Source of the DNA: an uncultured Ignavibacteriales bacterium
GTDB taxonomy: Bacteria; Zixibacteria; MSB-5A5; GN15; FEB-12
Assembly: GCA_964520865.1 (NCBI GenBank)
Contig: CAZFOY010000002.1
Span: forward strand, 2,278-66,277
DNA length: 64,000 nucleotides
Direction: 5' to 3'
Shown: in pieces, positions 37,484 to 46,882 of the stretch
Position numbering within the stretch: position 1 is the first letter of the stretch
Layout: every line of letters starts with the position of its first letter
The notes under the pieces: generated by a model
Seen by the model: the letters and a program-made list of their open reading frames with translations, nothing else
The model's database searches: none
Told to the model about the DNA's origin: nothing
Program-made: the position numbers and the translations under genes

Positions 37484-38233
37484 CTATTTTTTACGTCTGC
37501 GAACGATTCCGGTACCCAGCAGGCCAAGACCGAACAGGAGCATTGTCCCCGGTTCAGGTACGGCAGTCGTGAAGTTCTCTTCCATCAGGTCATTGCCACA
37601 GCCGACATTGACGTGGAAGGACAAACTGTTGAAGTTTCCGAGCAGCGAACGGTCAAACTTCAATTCCCAAACGTACGTGTCGCCGTTTCCGGGAGACATG
37701 TAGTTCGTCTCGAGATCCGGGGCGAAAGTCATCATCGAATTGACCGAACCCAGAAGATTCCCTTGGGCCATTTCATGAGCGCCGGCGGCGTTTCTGATGG
37801 TCGAATTGCTGTAGTAGCTGTGGGGATCCTGCTGAATGTAGTTCCAGCTGTTTACCTGATACAGGCCGGTATTGTTGCCGCCTGCAGTGAGATCGACGGC
37901 ATACTGATATTTGTTGCCGCCGTCGACACCGATAAACAGATCGCCGAGTCTGAACCCTTCCTGGGAATAGCCAAATGAGTTCGTCAGCGATACGTAAACG
38001 AAATCCTGGTCTACCGCCACATTCAGACCTTCAAGATCGAATGCCTCACCGCCCGGATTGTATGAACCGGGGGAAGGCTGGTGGCCTATCCCGTAAGGAT
38101 AGCTGATGGGAGCCCAGTTGTTGTTGTGGTCGAAGATGTGGTCCTGTCCAAAGTCGTAGTAGGTGTAGCTGAAGCCGAAAGCCTGAACTGACACCAGCAT
38201 GAGGGCCGCGACCAGAATTACAAGTTTCTTCAT
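37484..38233 (-). CDS. PEP-CTERM sorting-domain secreted protein
   Basis: Signal peptide. C-terminal VPEPGTMLLFGLGLLGTGIVRRRKK is a canonical PEP-CTERM motif plus TM plus basic tail. Confidence 0.85.
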   Translation of the reverse strand: MKKLVILVAALMLVSVQAFGFSYTYYDFGQDHIFDHNNNWAPISYPYGIGHQPSPGSYNPGGEAFDLEGLNVAVDQDFVYVSLTNSFGYSQEGFRLGDLFIGVDGGNKYQYAVDLTAGGNNTGLYQVNSWNYIQQDPHSYYSNSTIRNAAGAHEMAQGNLLGSVNSMMTFAPDLETNYMSPGNGDTYVWELKFDRSLLGNFNSLSFHVNVGCGNDLMEENFTTAVPEPGTMLLFGLGLLGTGIVRRRKK

Positions 38234-38248
38234 AATATCTCCTGTACT

Positions 38249-38290
38249 GCAATTGATTATATTCGTCCAGTCCTACCTATAGCAATTGAT
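38249..38290. repeat. two exact copies of GCAATTGAT, 33 bp apart, bracketing the promoter above
   Basis: Copies at 38249-38257 and 38282-38290. A third exact copy in inverted orientation lies at 51326-51334. Confidence 0.6.
38256..38285 (-). promoter_or_regulatory. candidate sigma70 promoter of the PEP-CTERM gene (-35 TTGCTA, 18 nt, -10 TATAAT)
   Basis: Consensus -10 at 38261-38256. AGGAG RBS downstream. Both core elements abut copies of ATCAATTGC. Confidence 0.45.
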
Positions 38291-38566
38291 ATGCCGCCTA
38301 TCGGTGCTCACGAGACGATATGTATCTCTTTTGAATACAGAGACTTACGCTACCCAATCCGGTTTTCAAGAGACGATAGTGGCAAGCCGTTGCACAATGT
38401 TTGCGAAAATCACGATTCCATACGGGTGCGTTGCATCAGTTGTAGCTCGGTGGAATTTAAGGCGATAGACCTCCCGTTTCTTCATCTTGAAGCTGCTGAA
38501 AGCAGGTAAACTACAGCAATTGTGGTGTCATCTCACGGTTGGGCTGTCACAAAAAAAGGAACTACC

Positions 38567-39838
38567 GTGAGAATATTTGGTCGCAAGAAACTGCCGATTC
38601 CGCCTGCTACCGCCGCGATGAAGAATCCGGCAACAGTATTAATGGGGAACCAACCAGCGGTCGGACGGAAAAGCATCGGTCGGTATTTGCCGGGACTGCC
38701 TGTGGATAGCGGCTTATCCCGGAGGAACAAAATAATGCTCTACCGCTTCCTCGCGGACGAGATCCCGGTTGTGCAGGCGTGCGTGGCTACCTGGGTGAGG
38801 ATGAGCACCGCTCCCGGAAAGTATGTGATTAATCCCGATGTCTCAGCCGCGGTCCGGAAGCGGGCCGACGGGAAGCTGAACGAGCTTGCCGACCGACTCA
38901 ATTCGCACGAGCAACGAAGGCAAGGAAGCCTGGTCACGTTTCTCGCCGAGCTGTTTCAAGGGCTGTACCGTGACGGAGCATTCGGTGGGTTCCTCAGGGT
39001 GAGAGAAGATGGGATTGCTATCGACCGATTTCAACCTGTAGACACTTCGTCGGTCATACTGGACTCCACGAACGGTCAACGTCGGCTTCTGTTCGAAGGA
39101 AAAGATCAGTTGCTATCGCTCGACAGCCCTGATTTCTACATGCTGTCATTCAATTCCGATGAAACCCGTCCGCTCGGTCGATCGATCCTGCAAACCATTC
39201 CGTTCGTAGCGTACATTCAGCAGCAGCTTGTCGATGATATGCGGAGGACAAGTCATAACGCGGGCTATCATCGGCTGCATGTCAAGGTAACCCCTCCCGA
39301 ACGAATCTCCGGCGAGTCGGACAAAGCCTACATCGATCGGATCAACAGCTACTTCGACTCCACTGTCTCGATGATCAAGTCATGCCGGATCGATGAGAAC
39401 CCGGTGACCTGGGACAATGTTGCCATCGATCATATCGGTCCGGAGAACGTACGGGCCGTTACCAACAGCTGGTTCATGAATCATCGGGCGATGGTCGAAG
39501 AAATCTGCGCCGGAACCAACCTCGCTCCATTCATGCTTGGTTATTCGTACGGTGCCACTTCGACATGGTCGTCGTTCAAGTTCGATCTGGCGATGAGACA
39601 GGTGCGTTCGGTGCAAGCCGAGGCCGCTACTTTCCTTGAGTGGATCGGAAACATTGAATTGACTCTCGCCGGCATTCCCGCAACTTGCAGCTTTCACTTT
39701 GACAACACCTACGCATATCAAGCAACCGATGCCTCGGCGATTCGGGCGCGAGAGGTCGATGGCCTGCTCAGACTGTTCGAGTCAGGTCTGATCGACGAAG
39801 CCACCGCCCGCCAGAAAGCCCAGCAGCTGCTTTCGTGA
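38567..39838 (+). CDS. phage portal-like protein (putative)
   Basis: Translationally coupled (GTGA) to a terminase large subunit. About 420 aa. The N-terminal LYRFLADEIPVVQACVATW region is reminiscent of Mu gp29/DUF935-type portals. Start uncertain: GTG at 38567 with AAGGA 6 nt upstream, or the track start at 38522. Confidence 0.45.
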   Translation: MRIFGRKKLPIPPATAAMKNPATVLMGNQPAVGRKSIGRYLPGLPVDSGLSRRNKIMLYRFLADEIPVVQACVATWVRMSTAPGKYVINPDVSAAVRKRADGKLNELADRLNSHEQRRQGSLVTFLAELFQGLYRDGAFGGFLRVREDGIAIDRFQPVDTSSVILDSTNGQRRLLFEGKDQLLSLDSPDFYMLSFNSDETRPLGRSILQTIPFVAYIQQQLVDDMRRTSHNAGYHRLHVKVTPPERISGESDKAYIDRINSYFDSTVSMIKSCRIDENPVTWDNVAIDHIGPENVRAVTNSWFMNHRAMVEEICAGTNLAPFMLGYSYGATSTWSSFKFDLAMRQVRSVQAEAATFLEWIGNIELTLAGIPATCSFHFDNTYAYQATDASAIRAREVDGLLRLFESGLIDEATARQKAQQLLS

Positions 39839-41163
39839 CGATTGCCGAACAGGTCGACTGGCGCCTGGCCCTGGCCGATCCGGTTCACTTCGCGGAAGCA
39901 GTGCTCGGAATCAGCCTGCACCCGGGTCAGAAGAATTGGCTTCGTGAATCAATATCACACGAGAACCTGCTCGTTACAGGGAATCGGTGGGGAAAATCGT
40001 TTATCTGCGCGGTCAAGGCGCTTCATCGGGCGGTCTTTCGATTACGCGATATCAAATATGATACTTCCCGCAAATACCGCATTGTTACCGCCTCGATCAC
40101 GCAAGACCAGGCGAATATCGTTTTTGACCGAGCCGTCCGGCTGCTTCGTGAATCCGAGCTGCTCCATCCTTTCATTCTCACACTGACGAGATCCCCCTAT
40201 CCGCGATTGGTACTTTCGAACGGCGCGGTGCTCGAGGCGCGTTCGACGCAGAATCGGGGAGAGTATCTTCTTGGTAACGACTATGATTACTTCATCTTCG
40301 ATGAAGTCGCGTTCGAGAGCGATCCCGACTATGTCGTCGAAGAGGTCATCAAAATGCGCCTTGCCGACCGTGAGGGGATGCTTGATCTCGTCTCCACGCC
40401 GAATGGTCGAAACTGGTTCTACCTCCGCGCACGCGAAATAATCGAACGAAAACGGCCCGGGTACTTTCAGTCCGGGGATACCCGGGACAACAAATTCATT
40501 TCAGAAAGCGCAGTTCGGGCACGAATCGAGTCGTTCTCCGACCGCAGAGTTCAGCAAAACATCATGGGGAAGTTCGTCGACAGCGGCGGCGAGATTCTCA
40601 AAGGTGAATATGTCGATCGCGCGTTGGAGAACGCAAAGCGCATCGGGCAGGGAGCTGATTCGACCCGCTATTTTGTCTCGGGATGGGATCTTGCTCGCAA
40701 GAGAACTGCCACGGTTGGTGTGACAGTCTCGGTTGAAAACGGACACGCACATGTCGTCTGCCTGGAGCGATTTCGAATGTTCGACTGGAACGTGGTCATT
40801 GAGAAGATCCGCCAGCGCCAGGAAGAGTACCCCGGAGAACTGGTCGTAGATGCTACCGGGCTGGGTGATGTCGTCGTTGAGCAACTCCGGGATTACCGAC
40901 CGACCGCCGTAATCTTCTCGCCATCGACCAAGGCAGAACTGCTCACCAATGTCGAGCTTTACCATGCCCGTAATCTGCTGTCATACCACCGCTGGGAATT
41001 GCCGGATGGACCGGGGCGGATCTGGTCGCTCGAAGATGAACTTCGCAAGGCGCAGTGGGATGACAATTCAGAATGCGATGCCCTGATGGCATTAGCCCTC
41101 GCGCTGTGGCCGCTCAGAAAACGCAAGATGATTGCACCACTGCCCAGAGTCGGACGAGTGTAG
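39835..41163 (+). CDS. phage terminase large subunit-like protein
   Basis: Walker A-like GNRWGKS, Walker B YDYFIFDE, coupling motif STP. The C-terminal RNase H-like nuclease has acidic motifs GWDLA, VVDATGLG and CDALMALALA. Confidence 0.85.
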   Translation: MTIAEQVDWRLALADPVHFAEAVLGISLHPGQKNWLRESISHENLLVTGNRWGKSFICAVKALHRAVFRLRDIKYDTSRKYRIVTASITQDQANIVFDRAVRLLRESELLHPFILTLTRSPYPRLVLSNGAVLEARSTQNRGEYLLGNDYDYFIFDEVAFESDPDYVVEEVIKMRLADREGMLDLVSTPNGRNWFYLRAREIIERKRPGYFQSGDTRDNKFISESAVRARIESFSDRRVQQNIMGKFVDSGGEILKGEYVDRALENAKRIGQGADSTRYFVSGWDLARKRTATVGVTVSVENGHAHVVCLERFRMFDWNVVIEKIRQRQEEYPGELVVDATGLGDVVVEQLRDYRPTAVIFSPSTKAELLTNVELYHARNLLSYHRWELPDGPGRIWSLEDELRKAQWDDNSECDALMALALALWPLRKRKMIAPLPRVGRV

Positions 41164-41297
41164 CGTGATTCGTTCGATTCACCCGGAATCCTGTTGAAAT
41201 TCAATTCGTTAATCGAGACATATGAACTTCATCTTTAAGGTGGCGATAAATTCACCGACGGCCGGTGAATTACGACAGATTCTCTCCAAAAAACCTG

Positions 41298-41325
41298 TTG
41301 ACACGCTCCGAAGGATGCGTATTAT
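41298..41325 (+). promoter_or_regulatory. sigma70 promoter for carAB (-35 TTGACA, 16 nt, -10 TATTAT)
   Basis: Exact -35 and near-consensus -10. About 170 nt upstream of the carA ATG. Confidence 0.55.
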
Positions 41326-41496
41326 GGTTCAATCTCACCCAGGTCCGCACGGTACCTTCGACCGGAGATTCGTCGTCCACGTTGCGGACAGGCCGTATCA
41401 CAAGATAACCGACAGGAAGGTCTCGAAAGTGTTCAAAGGACTCGGAACACACAACTCGACTTGCGTCGCAACGGGCAGCGCGGGGTGGCTGCACTG

Positions 41497-42621
41497 ATGG
41501 CTGCGCTGGGCACGGCACGGCTTGTTCTCGAAGACGGCACAATATTTGAGGGGGAAGGATTCGGATTTCAGGGCGCATCGGCGGGCGAAGTTGTTTTCAG
41601 CACCGGGATGGTCGGATATCCGGAATCATTGACCGATCCTTCATACAAAGGACAGATCCTCACACTTACCTACCCGCTTGTCGGCAACTACGGAGTCCCG
41701 GAGTTTACCAGAGATGAATCCGGACTGCCGCTTGGATTCGAATCGGAAAAGATTCAGGCCTCAGGCTTGATCGTGTCGGAGTACGCCTCGAGACACAGCC
41801 ATCACTCGGCCGCCCGGTCGCTCGATCAATGGCTCGAAAACGAGCAAATCCCCGGCCTTGCCGGAATCGACACCAGGGCACTTACCAAGATACTCCGCGA
41901 ACGGGGTTCGATGCTCGGGAAGATAGAATTCCCCGGCATGCCGACCGAGTTCTTTGATCCGAATGCCGCCGATCTTGCGGCCTCAGTTACTCCATCGGAA
42001 GTTACCCGTCTCGGCGGCAAGCCTGATTCATCTTCGAAGCGCCTTACCGTCGTGATGCTCGACTGCGGTGCGAAGGTGAGTATTCCCCGCAGTCTTCTTC
42101 GTCGCGGCGTCGATATTGTCCGCGTGCCTTACGACCATTACTTCCTGAATCTCGATTACGATGGTTTGTTGATAACGAACGGTCCGGGGGATCCCCGCAT
42201 GTACGGTACGACCGTGAAGAACATCGAGCGCTCGCTGGCCGTAGGCAAACCAATACTTGGTATCTGTCTCGGTCATCAGCTCCTGGCTCTGGCGGCCGGC
42301 GCGGATACGTACAAACTCAAGTTCGGTCATCGAAGCCACAACCAGCCGTGCATCGAACACAACGGTAACGGGTCGAATTCCAGATCGAAGCCGGGGCGGT
42401 GTTTCATTACTTCGCAGAATCATGGCTACGTCGTTCGCAAAGACAGTCTTCCGCACGACTGGACGGTCTGGTTTACGAATGTGAACGACGGGACGGTCGA
42501 GGGAATTCACCACATCAGTAAACCGTTCTTCAGCGTACAGTTCCATCCCGAAGCCAACCCCGGCCCGGAAGATACCGGGTGGATATTCGACGAGTTTGTC
42601 GAGAGGATGCTCCGTGAGTAG
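41497..42621 (+). CDS. carA: carbamoyl-phosphate synthase small (glutaminase) subunit
   Basis: ARLVLEDGTIFEGEGFG N-terminus. Catalytic GICLGHQLL and QFHPE motifs. ATG at 41497 preferred over the TTG at 41461. Confidence 0.9.
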   Translation: MAALGTARLVLEDGTIFEGEGFGFQGASAGEVVFSTGMVGYPESLTDPSYKGQILTLTYPLVGNYGVPEFTRDESGLPLGFESEKIQASGLIVSEYASRHSHHSAARSLDQWLENEQIPGLAGIDTRALTKILRERGSMLGKIEFPGMPTEFFDPNAADLAASVTPSEVTRLGGKPDSSSKRLTVVMLDCGAKVSIPRSLLRRGVDIVRVPYDHYFLNLDYDGLLITNGPGDPRMYGTTVKNIERSLAVGKPILGICLGHQLLALAAGADTYKLKFGHRSHNQPCIEHNGNGSNSRSKPGRCFITSQNHGYVVRKDSLPHDWTVWFTNVNDGTVEGIHHISKPFFSVQFHPEANPGPEDTGWIFDEFVERMLRE

Positions 42622-45600
42622 ACCGGAGTTTGCCGACCGGCACCTTCCCGAGACGGTTCTGGTGTTGGGTAGTTCGGCGCTCAAGATCGGAGAAGCAGGG
42701 GAGTTCGATTATTCCGGAAGCCAGGCGATCAAGGCCCTTCAGGAAGAAGGGATCCGTACCGTACTAATCAATCCCAATGTCGCAACGATACAAACTTCCG
42801 AACATCTTGCCGACGAAATCTATTTTGCTCCGATAACGCCCCGGTTTGTCGAACAGGTGATCGCCGATGAACGGCCCGATGCGATCATGCTGGGTTTCGG
42901 CGGTCAGACGGCGCTCAACTGCGGAGTGGAGCTGTATCGCTCCGGCGTGCTGCAAAAATACGAAGTCAAAATACTCGGCGCTCCGATCGAGTCGGTAATA
43001 GACACCGAAGACCGGGAGCGATTCGTCAGTCGCCTCAACGAGATCGAGGTGAAGTCTCCCCGAAGCATATCTACCGTGTCGGTCGAGGAGGCTGTCGAAG
43101 CCGCCGGAAAGATCGGTTTTCCCTGCATGGCAAGAGTAGCATTCGCGCTGGGCGGTCTTGGGTCTGGCATTTGCCGCGATGAAGGACAACTCCGTGATCT
43201 TGCCCAGCGTGCTTTCGCTCACACCACGCAACTGCTCGTAGAGGAGTACCTCGAGGGATGGAAAGAGATCGAGTACGAAGTGGTACGCGACCGCTTCGAC
43301 ACCTGCGTGACCGTCTGTAATATGGAAAATCTCGATCCGATGGGGATTCACACGGGGGAGAGTATTGTGGTCGCACCCAGCCAGACGCTGAACAACGATG
43401 AATATCAGATGCTCCGGGATATTGCCATTCGAGTCATTCGGCATCTTGGAATCATTGGAGAGTGCAACATACAATACGCTCTGTCGCCGGACAGCCGGGA
43501 CTATCGGGTGATTGAAGTAAATGCACGGTTGTCGCGAAGCTCTGCGCTTGCCTCCAAGGCGACCGGTTATCCACTGGCCTTTGTGGCGGCCAAGCTGGCA
43601 CTCGGAAAATCTCTCGCCGAAGTAAGAAATTCGGTGACCCAGGTCACAATGGCCTGTTTCGAACCTGCGCTCGACTATGTGGTGGTGAAGGCACCGCGGT
43701 GGGATCTTAACAAATTCCACGGTGTCTCGACCCGGATCGGATCGGCGATGAAGTCAGTCGGCGAAGTCATGGCGATCGGGAGAAAGTTCGAAGAGGCGCT
43801 GCAGAAGGCGTTGCGCATGATCCAGACCGGCGCCGCCGGGCTTGTCGAAAACCCGACGATTACTTTCGACGATCTCAGTAAGTCGCTCAGAGAGCCGACA
43901 GAGCGGCGTATTTTCGCGGTGGCCGATGCGATCAGGGCCGGTATGTCGGCTTGCGAAATCCACAATATCACCCATATCGACCGCTGGTTTATCGACAAAA
44001 TTGCGAATATCGTGGAAATCGATACCGAATTGAAGAGCTCCGGTGTTCACGGTCTGGACAGAAGGCTTATGCTCAGGGCCAAGCAGCATGGGTTCGCCGA
44101 TCTGCAGATTGCCCGCGCAACCGGGACGAACGAAGATAAGATTACCGGGATGCGACGATCCTGGGAACTCCGGCCCCGCATCAAGCAGATCGACACCCTG
44201 GCGGCCGAATATCCGGCCGTGACCAACTATCTCTACCTGACCTACAACGGGACAGAAGATGATATAAGTTTCGGGCAGGAGGGCGGAGTCATGATCCTCG
44301 GACCGGGAGCCTATCGTATCGGCAGCTCGGTAGAATTCGACTGGTGTTGCGTGAACGCGGTCAGGACTTTGCGCCAGCTGGGCTATAGAACCTTAATGGT
44401 CAACTATAATCCGGAAACGGTAAGCACTGATTATGACGAATGTGACCGACTCTATTTCGACGAGCTGTCGTTCGAGACGGTGTCGGATATCTATCACCTT
44501 GAGCAGCCGATAGGGCTGATCCTGTCGATGGGCGGACAGATCCCGAACAGCCTTGCACTTCGATGCACCGAAGCCGGAATGCGGGTGCTGGGTACGTCGG
44601 CTCGGAACATCGACCGCGCCGAGGACAGACACAAATTTTCGAGCCTGCTCGAGAAACTTGAACTCCCGCAGCCGGAATGGCGCGAAGTCAGTTCACTGGA
44701 GGAGACGCATCATTTTGCCGAGTCCGTCGGCTATCCGGTCATCATCAGGCCTTCGTACGTGCTCTCAGGTGCCGCGATGGCTGTAGCGGGAAACAGCGAG
44801 GAGCTAACCGAGTATCTCAATAAGGCAGTGAAAGTCTCGCCGGAACACCCGGTCGTAATCAGCAAATTCATCGAAAATGCGAAGGAGATTGATGTTGACG
44901 CCGTGGCGCGTGACGGTGAGCTGGTAGTGTGGGCGGTATCAGAACACGTAGAAAACGCCGGTGTGCATTCGGGGGATGCTACGCTCGTCCTGCCGCCTCA
45001 ACGCACCTATCTGGAGACAATGCGCCGGATCAGGAAGATCTGCACACAGGTGGCCAGCTCGTTGTCGATAAACGGTCCGTTTAATATCCAGTTCCTGGCC
45101 CGTCATAATCAGGTGATGGTAATCGAGTGCAATCTCCGGGCGTCGCGCAGTTTTCCGTTCGTTTCGAAGGTGCTCAAGACGAATTTCATCGAGGCCGCAA
45201 CGCGCGTTATCATGGGCCGGCCGGTTCAGGAGACCGGCAAATCATTCCTCGAACTTGATTACGTGGGAGTGAAGGCTCCGGAATTCTCATTTTCGCGGCT
45301 CGAGGGTGCAGACCCGACACTCGGTGTCGAAATGGCATCGACGGGCGAGGTCGCTTGTTTGGGCTGGGATTTCGACGAAGCGTTTCTCAAAGCACTGATT
45401 GCCGTCGGCTTCAAATTTCCCCTTAAGTCTGTACTTCTCTCTTCGGGACCGATTGAAAGCAAAGCGGCGTTTCTCGAAAGCGCGCACGGCCTCAAGACAC
45501 TTGGTGTAGAATTCTACGCAACTCAGGGTACAGCCGATTTCATGCGCCAGCACGGTTTCGATGTGACCGTGCTCAAATGGCCGCTCGAAGATGGAGAACC

Positions 45601-45829
45601 GCGCGCCACCGATCATATCAAGCAGGGGAAAATAGACCTTGTGATTAATATTCCGAAAGACTATCGCAAGGAAGAACTGACCAACGATTATCTCATTCGT
45701 CGCACGGCGGTCGATTTCAAAGTCCCGCTTATCACCAACCTTCAGTTGGCACAACGCCTCGCTGAGTCCCTTTGCCGCGTTCCGGTCGAATCGCTCCGGG
45801 TGCAAAGCTGGAACAGATACGGGGAGTAA
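42614..45829 (+). CDS. carB: carbamoyl-phosphate synthase large subunit
   Basis: Duplicated ATP-grasp halves and an MGS-like C-terminal domain. EFDYSGSQA near the N-terminus. The GTG at 42614 has GAGAGGA 6 nt upstream and overlaps the carA stop. The TTG at 42596 is the alternative. Confidence 0.95.
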   Translation: MSRPEFADRHLPETVLVLGSSALKIGEAGEFDYSGSQAIKALQEEGIRTVLINPNVATIQTSEHLADEIYFAPITPRFVEQVIADERPDAIMLGFGGQTALNCGVELYRSGVLQKYEVKILGAPIESVIDTEDRERFVSRLNEIEVKSPRSISTVSVEEAVEAAGKIGFPCMARVAFALGGLGSGICRDEGQLRDLAQRAFAHTTQLLVEEYLEGWKEIEYEVVRDRFDTCVTVCNMENLDPMGIHTGESIVVAPSQTLNNDEYQMLRDIAIRVIRHLGIIGECNIQYALSPDSRDYRVIEVNARLSRSSALASKATGYPLAFVAAKLALGKSLAEVRNSVTQVTMACFEPALDYVVVKAPRWDLNKFHGVSTRIGSAMKSVGEVMAIGRKFEEALQKALRMIQTGAAGLVENPTITFDDLSKSLREPTERRIFAVADAIRAGMSACEIHNITHIDRWFIDKIANIVEIDTELKSSGVHGLDRRLMLRAKQHGFADLQIARATGTNEDKITGMRRSWELRPRIKQIDTLAAEYPAVTNYLYLTYNGTEDDISFGQEGGVMILGPGAYRIGSSVEFDWCCVNAVRTLRQLGYRTLMVNYNPETVSTDYDECDRLYFDELSFETVSDIYHLEQPIGLILSMGGQIPNSLALRCTEAGMRVLGTSARNIDRAEDRHKFSSLLEKLELPQPEWREVSSLEETHHFAESVGYPVIIRPSYVLSGAAMAVAGNSEELTEYLNKAVKVSPEHPVVISKFIENAKEIDVDAVARDGELVVWAVSEHVENAGVHSGDATLVLPPQRTYLETMRRIRKICTQVASSLSINGPFNIQFLARHNQVMVIECNLRASRSFPFVSKVLKTNFIEAATRVIMGRPVQETGKSFLELDYVGVKAPEFSFSRLEGADPTLGVEMASTGEVACLGWDFDEAFLKALIAVGFKFPLKSVLLSSGPIESKAAFLESAHGLKTLGVEFYATQGTADFMRQHGFDVTVLKWPLEDGEPRATDHIKQGKIDLVINIPKDYRKEELTNDYLIRRTAVDFKVPLITNLQLAQRLAESLCRVPVESLRVQSWNRYGE

Positions 45830-45911
45830 TCCCCGGCAACGCAAATCCTGTGATCGAACCGGAACCTGTAGTCATCGCTCCGAGGCGCAATCAGAAAACC
45901 GGAGAACGGAC

Positions 45912-46529
45912 TCAACGGATTATCGAAACCTGTTCGATGTCATCCAGCGGTACTTCAACTTTGCCGCCGTTGTTGCTACCCACGAGTCGCCACTCGTTCT
46001 TGAAACTTAGCGTAGGTTGATCGAGCACGGTGGTTTGTTTCTTTCCCTGTGCGTTCATTCGCTCGAGTTTGAGACGTTGTCTGCCCCTGATCGCCGCGTT
46101 GATGAGCATCGAAGACAGAATCTCCGAACAGTCGCTTACCTTTGCCACGCCGGCAAGCTGCTCCTCGTAGGCATCGAGAATCTCCTCCAGCGGATGCTCC
46201 TGACTTGAAATCAATTTGGAGATCAACATCTCGATATTGCCCTGATACCTGTCGCCAAGGCCGGCCGCGAGCAAACGCAGGCCGGAGACGAGCATGACCG
46301 CTTCATCCGGTCCGAGTGCAACCCCCTGGCTTTTGTTCCGCTGATACAGCCGGTACGCCTTGAGCCGCTTGTCGTATACGACCGGGAAGTTCGCCTCGGA
46401 GATGTCGTTGATGTATCGGTAGGCGGTTCGTTCCGGGACTCCACAAACTCGCTCGATCGTCTTCAGGGTGACCATCGGTCGATTCGTGAACAGATTAATA
46501 AGAGTGAGGATTCTACTTAGTTTGTTCAT
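45912..46529 (-). CDS. HTH (DeoR/YafY-type) regulator with WYL-like C-terminal domain
   Basis: N-terminal LSRILTLINLFTNRPMVTLKTIERVCGVPERTAYRYINDI is a winged HTH. C-terminal ...FKNEWRLVGSNNGGKVEVPLDDIEQVSII resembles the WYL beta-barrel. At 205 aa it is shorter than typical YafY proteins. Confidence 0.55.
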   Translation of the reverse strand: MNKLSRILTLINLFTNRPMVTLKTIERVCGVPERTAYRYINDISEANFPVVYDKRLKAYRLYQRNKSQGVALGPDEAVMLVSGLRLLAAGLGDRYQGNIEMLISKLISSQEHPLEEILDAYEEQLAGVAKVSDCSEILSSMLINAAIRGRQRLKLERMNAQGKKQTTVLDQPTLSFKNEWRLVGSNNGGKVEVPLDDIEQVSIIR

Positions 46530-46578
46530 ATTCGATTGCGGGAGGCGCGTTTTGTGCGCCCCCCTTCCTTCGCTCAGT

Positions 46579-46839
46579 CTACAAGACTATATTAACGAGT
46601 ACATTGAATACATCCAGATAGCTGATTCCTTCGGGTGCGATCGAGTAGGTACCTCCGGTGCCCGTCGTATCGGTAACCACACCGTTTGAAGTCCCGGTTG
46701 TGTCGGGCGTCGGACACGGCGGATCGCCGCCGTCACCGGCGAGAGCGATACCGGGAAGCAGCCCGGCTGCGCAGAATTGAATTACAAGAATTACCAGTCC
46801 GATGATGATGCTGTGTTTCAGTAACTGATCTCTTCTCAT
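46579..46839 (-). CDS. small secreted/membrane protein (86 aa), Thr/Gly-rich with duplicated DTTGT motif
   Basis: GGAGG lies 5 nt upstream of the ATG. N-terminal hydrophobic segment ends ...GIALA/GD. Mature part reads PPCPTPDTTGTSNGVVTDTTGTGGTYS..., with a hydrophobic C-terminus. Confidence 0.55.
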   Translation of the reverse strand: MRRDQLLKHSIIIGLVILVIQFCAAGLLPGIALAGDGGDPPCPTPDTTGTSNGVVTDTTGTGGTYSIAPEGISYLDVFNVLVNIVL

Positions 46840-46882
46840 TTCTACCTCCTCTTGAAGTTGGTGCGTTCTACAAGTGGGGGTA

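Noticed and set aside
41222-41497. 91-aa plus-strand ORF upstream of carA
   Set aside because: It contains the consensus carAB promoter inside it, has no RBS and no motif. It is more likely leader RNA.
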